A DNA stretch of 64,000 bases from Amoebidium appalachense (Eukaryota > Protista > Ichthyosporea): NCBI GenBank assembly GCA_963693365.1, contig CAVNZM010000002.1:8343059-8407058 (forward strand), given 5' to 3'. Positions within the stretch are counted from its first letter, which is position 1, and each line of letters begins with the position of its first letter. Made by a program: the position numbers and the translations under genes. The notes beneath the pieces were generated by a model. It was given only the letters and a program-made list of their open reading frames with translations. It was not told the DNA's origin and searched no databases. This document shows positions 29,319 through 40,288 of the stretch, in pieces.

Positions 29319-30083
29319 ATTTCCACCCCAACACAAAACAACACAGGACCGGAAGCACAGCTCCCGGCAGAGTTCCTAGAATATGCGAACTCTCGTAAAA
29401 CACCCGAGCTCCGCCAAATTGCCAAGGAAACATATGCCAGCATTCTTGCAGGCAACGAGTACCGCCGCAACTCCCCTTCCAAACCGCCGGCTAAGGGGAA
29501 CACCCAAGCAAACGGTAACATCAACATCCCACCCAAATACGAGAGGGTGTATTTCAAAGTCAAGCACGGCAGACGCCCACACAGGGCCATGTGGTCCATC
29601 TTCAAGGCTCTCGGCTTCCGGTGCTCTCGCATCCTTTGTCTGTCCTTCATTGGATACGATGTGCTGGAAGTAGCAGTACGGGGCGACTATAACCGTGCGT
29701 TCATCCGTGACGCGACAAAGGGGTGTGGAAGCTTCTTCACCCACCTCCCAAACTACGACCCATGCGCGCCGGAAAACATTCAGAAAGCAGACAAAGAACG
29801 TAAAGTGTCTGCTAAGAATGCGTGCGCCACACGTTGTCGTGTACGCATCAGCAAGGCAAAAGAGTTCCTCGCAAAGTTGGAAAACGATGCTACGAGCGTG
29901 ATAGACACGGACACGAAGGAACCAATGTTTTCTGGTGAGAAACTGCTCGAGCGCAAACGCCGATGCGAGATGGAAATCGAGCTCTTCTGCGAACTGTTCG
30001 CGCTGGCGGAAGGTCGTGCATACGACCCCGTAAGCGACAAGTGGGAACCAACCCCACAGGTGTCGGACCAAACCGATGCCTAA
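29319..30083 (+). pseudogene. LINE ORF1, C-terminal part
   Basis: ISTPTQNNTGPE...QVSDQTDA* is identical to the C-terminal part of intact ORF1 in copy 2. Confidence 0.92.
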
Positions 30084-33000
30084 TTTATCCTTCTTCTTCT
30101 GGAATGCTCGGACACTGGGCCCCCAAAAGGGCCTCCCCCCCGGGACACTCGACGATAAAATCAGCTACATACAACAACAGACAAACAACCACACGTTTAC
30201 AGTGATTTGCGAAACACAGTTTAAAAACCACCACAAATTCAACTCTACATTGGTCGACACATCCACACACCCCGGTTACGCGAAAAACCGAGGCATTATT
30301 GTACTTGCCGCACCACACGTGAGAGTGAAGTGCAAACCGGTAGCAAAAACGGAATTCTCGGTTTCTATAGAGTTTCTTTCTAATGTTTTTACTTTTGTAT
30401 ATTACCCACCATCTATGTCGGTTGTCGAATTGACTCACGAGTTGTCACAGTTACCAATGTCCACTGTTATTTTAGGTGATTTTAACACGCGACTCCACCA
30501 CACAGACACACTGCAAGTGAGTGTCGGGTACCCATCTAAGCCCCCGGAGCGTGCTATCCCTTTAGCAAGGTATGTCCAAAGTCACACTTTGCGGTTCCCT
30601 CAAATATCCCATGCCCACAACACCGACTGGGGAGTGGCCTTTTGGCCATCAACCATGTCAAAACTCTCTCTCCCTCCTAACCTCTCTAGGTCATCTGACC
30701 ACTCTCCTATCCTTTTCCTACCTAAGATCTCCCTTGATCTGCTCCCCCCTCCCCCTCCCACCTTTCGCCTCCGTCTATCCCAGCTTAAGTCACAGTGGGG
30801 TAGAGTTGATGTATGTGTATGCTATGCTACGAAACACCCTATATATATGCGCCTATTAGAATCTGCACAAGCCAGGCCAGATTCACATCTCGTACTAGAT
30901 ACATGCACTAACTTTATTGTTGATGATTTGATAGATCTCGGTGATTATGCTGGCGGTGGTAGGAAGGAATATCCCGATGCTCTCTTGTTACCAAACACCA
31001 CTCCCGCTAGACTAGGTGAACCCCTGTCTCAAAAGGAAAGCTTGCGCCGGCTTGCTAGTATGAATCGATTTGGCCCCCCTGCTCGTATTATTGGTGATAC
31101 CACTGGAGACCCCCTCATAGACTCTGATAAGTATTTCTCGGAACTGTTTAAAGATAGGACCCCCGCTCAGAAACCTATTGTGTGGCCTGTAGACCCATCT
31201 ATCCCCATAGAATCGATCCTCCCCTTTTTCAGTCCCGATGCCATATGGTCTGTGATATCTAGTTATAGCTCTAGTAAGTCTTGTGGACCTGATGGACTCC
31301 CTGCTGGGTTTCTTAAAATCCTTGTTCCCTCCTACCCACAAAAGGAAAGTGATCGTGCTATTAAACCTGATCTTACTATCATGTTAAGCTCTCTCTTTTC
31401 TTGGTGTGTTAAATGTGGACATGTCCCGTCATCTTGGTTAGATACCTTAGTGATCCCCATAGTTAAGAAGGACTCTGAGGGCCCCATATCATCCTTTCGC
31501 CCCATTACACTAACCCAGGTTGTTCGTAGATTCTTTGAAGCTTGCTTACTTAGGTTATTTGCACATCACCCTAGGTTTCAATCTATTCTTCACATACACC
31601 CATGCCAATCCGCTTTTCGTAAAAACAATTCATGTTATGTTCAAATAATGGCACTGCACGATTCTATGCAAGTTGGTGCACAATATGTTGGCTTTATTGA
31701 TTGGAAAACTGCTTACGATTCTGTCTCCCCTGGTCTCCTATGGGAAAAGCTTGCTGCACGGGGTGTACCACACTGCATTGGTGTTCTGTTAGAAGCACTC
31801 TTGTCTCAAACCTATGGTAGAGCTGTGGTTAATGGGCATCTTTCATATGGTTTTGCTCGTACTAGAGGTCTCTTGCAGGGTTCATTGCTTAGCCCCTTTT
31901 TGTTTAACCTATTTATAGATGATTTGGCTGTCAAGATTTACGCCGAAAACGATGACCCTATTAATAACTTTCCGCCTGCACTTCTCTATGCTGATGATCT
32001 GTCCCTCCTTGCCCGTACCCCTAGACGCCTGCAAAGATTGTTCGATGTAGTGTCAGAGTGGTGCAAGGCAAACCTTATGATCCTTAACATAGACAAATGT
32101 GGTGTTCTTGTACCTGATATAGCTAACAATTTACACACATTTACATTATCATCTAAACCTGTACCTATAGTTCCAGAATACAAATATCTTGGTGTTCCGG
32201 TTGATTCTGTTGGTGTTATGTTTCCCCATATGGTCGAAAAGAGGGTAGAGTTGGCTCGTAAGCGGTTAGCTTTCTTCTCGGCTAATATTTTTAAAGACAC
32301 ACCCCTCCATCCTTCTATTAGACTTACATTTATTCGCACTTTTGTCTTCCCGGCATGTGAATATGGTTTACCCCTTCTCGCCGCTTGGATCAAGAAAGAG
32401 AGAACTAGAGCGCTTAAACCCTTGGCAAATTTCCTTGAAGCAGAAGTTGCCTCCTTTCTATCTAACAACTGTTGTAAACCTGGGCCTGTAACGCTCTCGA
32501 TATATGGTCTGGTCCCAATAGCTGCTAGAGTATCCTATCTCGCGCTGAAATTCAATAAGCACATAAGCCGCTTAAAGAAGTATTTGCCCTCCCACCCTCT
32601 CTTCTCTATCCGACCTGTCCCCTCCTCACCTCTCCCCTCTTTCCTCCCCTCTCTCTCCCCTTCTCCCCTGGGCACAAATACAAATAAACCCCGCAATAGT
32701 GTGTGTGTGACTTTGGACTGCCACTTACTTATTAAACATGTACACAATCACAAGATAATCACGCAATATAACAAATGGAAAAAGATACCACACGACACTA
32801 GACCCGATGAAAGCATACACCTTGAAAAACTAAGCCTTATGTCTCGTTTTATATATACTGACCGCCTCAACCATATTGCCAAATATGGCACTCGCAAGTG
32901 TATAACACCTAAATACATATTACCTTCCTGTAGAACTGGTCTTTCTCTAGCTGATGGTATTATTGATCAATTACCACGCTTTTACTGTACACGTGCTATA

Positions 33001-33270
33001 CAGTGGAGATCTAATAAGTATAAGGTGGCATCATTTGCATGCCCAAACAACACACACACACACCAGTTTAACCGGTCATGTATCGCCAAATGTAGTTTGA
33101 TAGACCACATAATACCGCAACACACACACGTCACATTCACAACAGACACCCAGAAAGATAGCCTACCTGTAAATTACAACATCCTTGATTTTATACTAAA
33201 CACGCGTAACTACGACCTGTTTATTAGATGTATTGATTGGCTTGAGAAACACATCACTACAAAATTATAG
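30076..33270 (+). CDS. LINE ORF2: APE endonuclease plus reverse transcriptase (1064 aa)
   Basis: APE motifs FWNAR, ICET, YYPP, LGDFN, SDH; RT motifs GPDG, FRPITL, IDWKTAYD, QGSLLSP, YADD, YKYLG; Cys/His-rich C-terminus. Confidence 0.96.
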   Translation: MPNLSFFFWNARTLGPQKGLPPGTLDDKISYIQQQTNNHTFTVICETQFKNHHKFNSTLVDTSTHPGYAKNRGIIVLAAPHVRVKCKPVAKTEFSVSIEFLSNVFTFVYYPPSMSVVELTHELSQLPMSTVILGDFNTRLHHTDTLQVSVGYPSKPPERAIPLARYVQSHTLRFPQISHAHNTDWGVAFWPSTMSKLSLPPNLSRSSDHSPILFLPKISLDLLPPPPPTFRLRLSQLKSQWGRVDVCVCYATKHPIYMRLLESAQARPDSHLVLDTCTNFIVDDLIDLGDYAGGGRKEYPDALLLPNTTPARLGEPLSQKESLRRLASMNRFGPPARIIGDTTGDPLIDSDKYFSELFKDRTPAQKPIVWPVDPSIPIESILPFFSPDAIWSVISSYSSSKSCGPDGLPAGFLKILVPSYPQKESDRAIKPDLTIMLSSLFSWCVKCGHVPSSWLDTLVIPIVKKDSEGPISSFRPITLTQVVRRFFEACLLRLFAHHPRFQSILHIHPCQSAFRKNNSCYVQIMALHDSMQVGAQYVGFIDWKTAYDSVSPGLLWEKLAARGVPHCIGVLLEALLSQTYGRAVVNGHLSYGFARTRGLLQGSLLSPFLFNLFIDDLAVKIYAENDDPINNFPPALLYADDLSLLARTPRRLQRLFDVVSEWCKANLMILNIDKCGVLVPDIANNLHTFTLSSKPVPIVPEYKYLGVPVDSVGVMFPHMVEKRVELARKRLAFFSANIFKDTPLHPSIRLTFIRTFVFPACEYGLPLLAAWIKKERTRALKPLANFLEAEVASFLSNNCCKPGPVTLSIYGLVPIAARVSYLALKFNKHISRLKKYLPSHPLFSIRPVPSSPLPSFLPSLSPSPLGTNTNKPRNSVCVTLDCHLLIKHVHNHKIITQYNKWKKIPHDTRPDESIHLEKLSLMSRFIYTDRLNHIAKYGTRKCITPKYILPSCRTGLSLADGIIDQLPRFYCTRAIQWRSNKYKVASFACPNNTHTHQFNRSCIAKCSLIDHIIPQHTHVTFTTDTQKDSLPVNYNILDFILNTRNYDLFIRCIDWLEKHITTKL

Positions 33271-33274
33271 CGCA

Positions 33275-33341
<67 letters not shown>

Positions 33342-33373
33342 CCAGCTGATACCGAGTGTCCCGAGGGGAGCCC

Positions 33374-33433
<60 letters not shown>

Positions 33434-34493
33434 GGGGAACCCCAACTAATTGATTTCTCCTTGTAGTCTTTATGGTGTCTCGTAGAGAAAGTAAACCCTG
33501 ATATATAGTCACCACCCGACATCTATGTACGTGATCATGATATACCGCTGAGGGGATATTCCGAGCAAAACCCCCCCCCCCCATACCTGAGACTGGTTCT
33601 CTTTGCCTCGAGTAAACAGCGTAAACCCCATATCGATATCCCATCATTTTTGATGATTGGCAGTCCCAGGCCTTATAACCGTTCTCAACCTCAATAGCTG
33701 AAAAGTACTTGAACTTTGCATGATGTACATGTCCGAAATCTGACATCGGCCCCCCATGTGACTACTATGGCAACATGGGACCAACATGCATGGTACTTAG
33801 GTTCATGTACATGTAATAATCTCCTTCCAAAACTGAGAAAGGGAGGCTCAGGGTCATAGTCACAGTGTCGAGGGCATGCTCTCACTTAGTCTCCAAGGCT
33901 AAGTACCACTGGCTAACGTAAGTGGCCGGGCACCGTAGTACTACGCCGAAAAAAAAAAAAAGAAAGAAAAGAAGAAAAAAAAAAAGGAAAAAAAAAGGCC
34001 GCAGGGAAGACGGAGTCTTGGCGGTCACCGATTCGGACCCGTCAGAAATTGACCGAAAGAGTAAAATAACCAAACAAAGTTACAATAATATTCAGTCTGG
34101 ATTCATTCATCCAATGAATCTGACTCTAGACCCAATGTATACGATTGGCTGAAAAACATTATTTTTATATCCCATGTGTAGATCGGAATTGCCTTAGAGC
34201 GAATCGAGAGGTTTCACTGCCCTGCCAGAAGAAACCCAGATAGCCTGGGACAGCTTCTTCACATAAATTGCTATGCACAAAGTAGCGGTATATTAAATAG
34301 CCATCATCGATTATCTGTACAGTGTATTATTTCAAAAAACAATAGAACCCATTAGCACAATCAATGATCAACAACTCAAGGTGTGTCATGCCAGTGTGTG
34401 CGAAATGCGGAATCATCAGCGATGACAGATGATGCCAAAGACAAATCTGATTCGTCAAATGATTTCATTGGCCCGCACCACCTCGGTAGGGGC

Positions 34494-34503
34494 ATATATA
34501 AAT
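34494..34503 (+). promoter_or_regulatory. TATA box upstream of the SdrD-B repeat gene
   Basis: ATATATAAAT about 135 bp before the ATG, which sits in an ACAATGG context. Confidence 0.5.
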
Positions 34504-34633
34504 CGCCGATCTTTGCACCAGGCATCAGTCAACTTTTGCGGCGCACTGCACACACACAACAGTCAGGAACAAAACCGAAGCTCAGTAGCGCCTTCTTTTT
34601 AGTTGTTGCCTCTTTCTTCGGGTCATAATAACA

Positions 34634-37600
34634 ATGGCCAGCCTTTTCAGCGGCGCCGTGCTGCTTCTTGGCGCGTTAGGTACCACCCACGGTGCACCCT
34701 TTATCTGGCGCCGGTCCTATGACGAAGCCCCTGCCCCTCTGCCGGATTGCAACAAGGGCTGGGCCCGCCCACCTACCAACCCTACAGGTGCATGCCTGCA
34801 AGCGCGCGGTATGATTGCAGGTGACGCGTACACCGACCTTAACGGAAACGGTCAGAGGGACGCAAACGAACCCGGTGTGGCAGGATTGAAGGTTTCGTTT
34901 TTGAACAGCAATGGGCGTAGTGTCGGGTCTGTGCGCACGAGCAGAACCGGCGGCTTCAGTGCCCGCAATGTCCTCCCCGGTAACTACACCGTTACCCTTG
35001 ACCCAGCGTCGGTTCCAAGCAGCGCCGTAGCCACGTCCCCCCTCAGTGTAACCACGTCTGTGGTTGCTTTCCAGCAGTCAAGTGCTGCATTCACATTCAA
35101 AGCTGCAAACGCCGTTGTGGGCCCTGCCGCAGCCTTTATCGACGCCAACAACAACGACCAACAGGATGTGGGTGAGGCCGGTTTGGCCAACGCAACCATC
35201 AGCCTTATCGACAGCAACGGCAATGTCGTGCGCACCACAAAGACGGACGCTAGCGGCAACTACACCTTTGCTGACGTGGCTCCGGGCACATACACTATCA
35301 CCATTGACACTGCCTCTCTTCCCGCTGGCTTCACAACCAAGCGCGCTCGTTTCAACGTCGTTTTGGCTGCTGGGCAGAGCTTCAACGGTGCTGCTGCCTC
35401 GTTCTGCATTGCCCCTCCTCAAACCGGTGGCATTGCATCGAGCAAAGTGTTTGTGGATATCAACGGAAACGGCGTTCAGGATGCAGGGGAGGTGGGTCTG
35501 GGCAACGTGACTATCATGCTGGTCGACGCTAGCGGCAAGGTTGTGGCCACCGCCGTCACAGCTCAGGATGGCTCCTACTCGTTTGCAAACATCCCTGCCG
35601 GGACCTACACCCTCTCCATCGACCGTGCCAACCTTCCTGCCACGTTTGTCATTCCCAGCACCACACAGACCATCACCATTGCTCCAGGTGCCACTGCCGT
35701 TGCCCTCCCCCTGACGGTGCGGCCCAACTTTGCGTCTGTGGGCCCTGCCAATGCGTTTGTTGACGAGAACAACAATGACGTGCAGGACGCAAACGAGCCC
35801 GGCCTGTCCGGCCTGCAGGTGCAGTTGGTGGACCGTGCCACTGGCAACGTTGTACAGACTACCACAACCAACGCCAACGGCACATACACCTTCATTAACG
35901 TGCTTGCTGGTACCTACACCGTCCGCATCTCCCCCATCCCCGCCGACCTCAAGCCTCTCCGCGCCAACGGCCAGTTCACTGTCGTGCTTGCCCCTGGCCA
36001 GGTGTTTTCCGACGAGGCTGCCGCCTTCTGCTTTAAGCGTCTGCCCCATGCGTCTGTGAGTGGCGCCGTTACCGTTGGCAACAGCAGCATTGCCAATGCT
36101 ATTGTTAGCCTGGTTGATGCTGACGGCAAGACGCTCTTCCGTGCAACCACCAACGACAAGGGTGCCTTCACCTTCGCCCACCTGCAGGCCGGCACATACA
36201 CCATTGCTATCGACCAGGCTTCCCTCCCCGCCAACGTCGTCGCTGCCTCCGACCGCGACGGTGTGGCTGACGGCAAGACGTCCATCACGCTCAACTGGGG
36301 CGACAACGTGTCCAACATTAACTTTGACTACCGCTTCCAGTATGGCACCGTCAAGCCCGGTGGTCTGTTTGTGGACGTCAACGGTAATGGTGTGCAGGAT
36401 GCTGGTGAGGTTGCTCTGGCCAACGTGACTGTGTCTCTGGTCGATGCCAACGGCAAGGTTGTGGCCACCGCCATCACGGCCCAGGATGGTTCCTATTCGT
36501 TTGCCGACATCCCTGCCGGCACCTACACCCTCTCCATCGTTGGGTCGACCCTCCCCGCCGGTGTGGCCGTGCTCAGCTCTCCCTCCACCTTCACCGTGCA
36601 GCCGGGCGCAACGGCCACCCCTGTCAGCTTTGCTATCCGTCCCGTGTTTGCATCCGTTGGCCCCGCCAATGCCTTCCTCGATGCCAACAACAACGACGAG
36701 CAGGATGCTGGTGAAGCCGCCGTGGCTAATGTCGTCATTCAATTGGTTGATCGGAACACTGGTGTAGTTGTGCAAACCACCAAGACCGATGCTAGCGGCA
36801 TCTACTCTTTCACCAACATTCTCGCCGGCAACTACACCGTTCGCGTGGACACCGCCTCTATTCCCTTTGGCCTCACTGTGGCCCGCCCGCAGTTCAACGT
36901 CGTGCTCACCCCCGGCCGTGTATTTTCCGGTGCCCAGGCCTCATTCTGCGTCAAGCCCCTCTCCAAGGCCTCCGCTAGCGGCGCCGTCACCCTCAACGGC
37001 AGCCCCCTCGCTAATGTTGTTGTCAACCTGCTGAATGCCGCCGGCAACACCGTTATGCAGGAGCGCACCAACGACAAAGGCACATTCACCTTTGCCCAGC
37101 TGCAGGCCGGCACCTACACCATTGCCATCGACCAGGCCTCCCTCCCCGCCAACGTCGCCGCCGCCTCCGACCCGGACGGTGTTGCTGACGGCAAGACGTC
37201 CATCATGCTCAACTGGGGCGACAACATGTCCAACATCAACTTTGACTACCGCCTGCTGACCGGAACCTGCTCCTCCATCGTCTACGTTGACGCCAACTCC
37301 AACGGCCAGCTCGATGCCGGCGAGGCCGCCCTGCCCAACATCCGCCTGACCCTGACTGACTCTACAGGCAAAATCGTAGCCACGGCCGTCACCGACGCTT
37401 CTGGCCGCTACACCTTTGGTAGTATTGTTGCAGGGACATACACCGTTGCTGTCGATACGGGTAGTGTCCCCGTTGGCCTCACGGCCAGCAACCCCACCAC
37501 GGCATCACGCACGGTCACGATAGTCGCCGGCGGGTCTGTCGACGCGCAGTTCGGTTTCCGGCCTGTGGTTCCTGGTGCCGTGAAGGGCCGCGTGTGGCAT

Positions 37601-37894
37601 GATGACGGAGCAGACGGTGTCTTTGAGTATGGCGATTATGGGCTCGGCTCCGTCTCCGTTGTGCTTGTTGACTCTAACGGCCGCACTGTTGCCAGCGCCA
37701 CCACCGATGTAAAGGGATACTATTCGTTTGGTGGTGTTGCCCCAGGGAGCTACTCTGTGCGCGTGCTCGCTGCCCCTAACGGTCATGTGGCGTCGTCTGA
37801 TAAGGATGGTGGCGTCGACAGCACAGTAGCGGTGGTTGTGGGTGAGGGCAAGACGGTAGAAGGGATTGACTTTGCTTACACCATCAAGTTTTAG
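34634..37894 (+). CDS. Secreted protein with ~10 SdrD B-like/Cna-B Ig-fold repeats (adhesin-like), intronless
   Basis: Hydrophobic signal peptide MASLFSGAVLLLGALGTTHG. ~100-aa repeats with DxNxNGxxDxGExGL Ca-binding loops and TxTDxxGxYxF...GTYTV motifs. No LPXTG, transmembrane or obvious GPI tail. Confidence 0.88.
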   Translation: MASLFSGAVLLLGALGTTHGAPFIWRRSYDEAPAPLPDCNKGWARPPTNPTGACLQARGMIAGDAYTDLNGNGQRDANEPGVAGLKVSFLNSNGRSVGSVRTSRTGGFSARNVLPGNYTVTLDPASVPSSAVATSPLSVTTSVVAFQQSSAAFTFKAANAVVGPAAAFIDANNNDQQDVGEAGLANATISLIDSNGNVVRTTKTDASGNYTFADVAPGTYTITIDTASLPAGFTTKRARFNVVLAAGQSFNGAAASFCIAPPQTGGIASSKVFVDINGNGVQDAGEVGLGNVTIMLVDASGKVVATAVTAQDGSYSFANIPAGTYTLSIDRANLPATFVIPSTTQTITIAPGATAVALPLTVRPNFASVGPANAFVDENNNDVQDANEPGLSGLQVQLVDRATGNVVQTTTTNANGTYTFINVLAGTYTVRISPIPADLKPLRANGQFTVVLAPGQVFSDEAAAFCFKRLPHASVSGAVTVGNSSIANAIVSLVDADGKTLFRATTNDKGAFTFAHLQAGTYTIAIDQASLPANVVAASDRDGVADGKTSITLNWGDNVSNINFDYRFQYGTVKPGGLFVDVNGNGVQDAGEVALANVTVSLVDANGKVVATAITAQDGSYSFADIPAGTYTLSIVGSTLPAGVAVLSSPSTFTVQPGATATPVSFAIRPVFASVGPANAFLDANNNDEQDAGEAAVANVVIQLVDRNTGVVVQTTKTDASGIYSFTNILAGNYTVRVDTASIPFGLTVARPQFNVVLTPGRVFSGAQASFCVKPLSKASASGAVTLNGSPLANVVVNLLNAAGNTVMQERTNDKGTFTFAQLQAGTYTIAIDQASLPANVAAASDPDGVADGKTSIMLNWGDNMSNINFDYRLLTGTCSSIVYVDANSNGQLDAGEAALPNIRLTLTDSTGKIVATAVTDASGRYTFGSIVAGTYTVAVDTGSVPVGLTASNPTTASRTVTIVAGGSVDAQFGFRPVVPGAVKGRVWHDDGADGVFEYGDYGLGSVSVVLVDSNGRTVASATTDVKGYYSFGGVAPGSYSVRVLAAPNGHVASSDKDGGVDSTVAVVVGEGKTVEGIDFAYTIKF

Positions 37895-38145
37895 AGGGTA
37901 TGTTGGTCCATTGTTGTAAATAATAGGTATGTATTGCAATGCGGTTTTGTAAATTGCAGTTATTGTAATGATACAGCCGCTCTGTGAGATGGCTAGTTTT
38001 TTAAACTAGATCAACTTTGCTGCCGAAGCCAACGGATGAATCCTATCCCAGAGCATCGTTCATCCCCATTCCCCCATCCTCCCCCCCCCCCCCCCCCCCC
38101 CCACCCCCCTCCCCCCTTCTCCCCTCCCCCTCTCTTTTGTTAATA

Positions 38146-38177
<32 letters not shown>

Positions 38178-38273
38178 ACCCCCCGCTCCCCCACCTCCTC
38201 CTTTTACCCCTATAGCCGTGTCTCCCATTATTTTCGCATTTTTTCCCTTTGTTTCTCTCTTCTCGTCCCCACT

Positions 38274-38306
<33 letters not shown>

Positions 38307-39194
38307 GCCCCCCTCCCCCCACCTGGACCTACCTGTCCGTCCTGTCGTCCATTCCCCATCCTGGTGGTCTATTCGACTTTTGCTCCTTGTGTCTCCTTCT
38401 CTGCCCACCCACCCAACATATCCACCCCCCCCTCCGCCCCCCCCCCCCCCCCCCCCCCCCACCACACACCCACACCCGACCGCCCATCCACCCGACCGCC
38501 CATCCACCCAACAACCAATCCACCAAAAAAAGCTTTTCATCTATCAAGAAGGCCATTCAACCAACTCGGGTAAATATTTACCCAACTACCCCCCCCCCCC
38601 CCCCTCCCCCCTCCCCCCCTCCCCCCTGCCCCCTCCCCCTCCCCTCCCCCACCTTTTCCCCTTCCCGCACCACCTCTCAGTCTTTTCCTCAATCATTCGT
38701 GCGCACACCCACAAGCTCCCCAAAAAAACCTGCTGCACACACACACACATGCGCGCGCGCACTCGCGTACACAAACACAGACATGCACACACACAGGGAC
38801 AAAGAACGCACCAAAACAATCCGCTCACCACACTCATTCATAATCCTCCCCCCTCTCCCTCTGCCCCCAGTAACCCCCCCCCCCACACACACACACCCCG
38901 CAAGTGATAGAACGACGCCAGCAAAGAAGATTCACACCATAAGTAGGAAACACCTCACGGATAACTGCATTTTGTGCCGATCTAGCGTGCAAGGCTTGAT
39001 GAGCCCGTTTACCAAATAATAATTTGCCCCCACATTTCATCCAAGCGCACACACGGAAAGCCACCCACCCACCCATTCGCCAGCCCCTCCTCTCCCCCCC
39101 GTACAGACAAACACAGGACTCACACCCACCCCCGGACCGACCTACCCGAACACCAACACACGCACATACACACATTCGCGGGCGCGTGCACCCC

Positions 39195-39385
<191 letters not shown>

Positions 39386-39596
39386 CAACTTCAACCTCGG
39401 CCCAACCGAACCCCCCTCCCCCCCTCCTCCTCCTCCCCCCCCCCCACACACACACATACCGCCACCCACCACTACCCACCCTCCCAACCCGCCCCTCAGT
39501 GACCCATTCAGTCCACTCAATCGCCCACACACCTAGACACTCACATTCCTACCCGTTCGCTAAGACACCCACCCACACACCCCATCCACTAATTCC

Positions 39597-39786
39597 GGGG
39601 ACTGACTTTGCCTACACCATCGAGTATTAGGGTGTATTGGACTGTATTTGTGCTTTTGAAGGTATTCCATGCATGCTGTTCAAAATGTTTTCCGAATGGT
39701 ATCTATAAATCGTGTTTTTAACGTATTACAATGCGGTTTTGTAAATAGCAGTTATCTTAATGACACAGCCGCTCTGTGAGGTGGCC
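39597..39786 (+). pseudogene. Remnant of a paralogue of the SdrD-B gene (last codons plus 3' UTR)
   Basis: gggactgactttgcctacaccatcgagtattag (GTDFAYTIEY*) versus GIDFAYTIKF* at 37862-37894; the block caatgcggttttgtaaat...cagccgctctgtgag is shared with ~37937-37988. Confidence 0.8.
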
Positions 39787-39897
39787 CTTTACGTGAATGA
39801 ATAGCTCCAGTACTTGTGGGCACAAAAAATTGACACCAGACGATATTTGCCGGCGAATATAACAGATAAACCTCTACAGATCATCCTTCAACCCCCT

Positions 39898-39931
<34 letters not shown>

Positions 39932-40199
39932 ACCACACACACACACACACACACGGAAAAAAAAAAAAAAAAAAAGAACGTTCAATTGTCACGTGTCGCA
40001 TTCGAAATTTTCTGTTTACTAATGCCGTCATTGCTCCAAATGTGCATTTCTGTTTTTCCAAAAACCCCCCGCCCCCCCCCCCCCCTCCCCCCTTCTCCCC
40101 CCCCCCCCCCCCCCCTCCCCCGCGCACGTGCGTAAAATACTTCTTCCCATTGTTATAATCTCCCCCCTTCCCTCTCCCCCTTCTCCCCGGTTCTCCTTG

Positions 40200-40248
40200 T
40201 ACTTTTGCATTCATGTTTCGTTCTCTGTCTTGTTTTCTTTTCTTGCCT

Positions 40249-40288
<40 letters not shown>

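Larger units (their letters stand above)
20454..33629 (+). mobile_element. Full-length APE-RT non-LTR retrotransposon (LINE), copy 1, interrupted by an LTR element
   Basis: 5' 18-bp monomer array, ORF1 split at 21175/29314, ORF2, (CA)n, internal poly(A) 33378-33432 and terminal module to 33629. TSD ATATCG at 20451-20456 and 33630-33635. Collinear with the intact copy at 49270-54110. Confidence 0.95.

Noticed and set aside
33620-33632. tRNA-like CCA 3' end of the LINE
   Set aside because: The A belongs to the TSD; the other two copies have CCCC followed by T.
35078-36775. 565-aa antisense ORF within the adhesin gene
   Set aside because: Shadow ORF caused by codon bias on the sense strand; no motifs.
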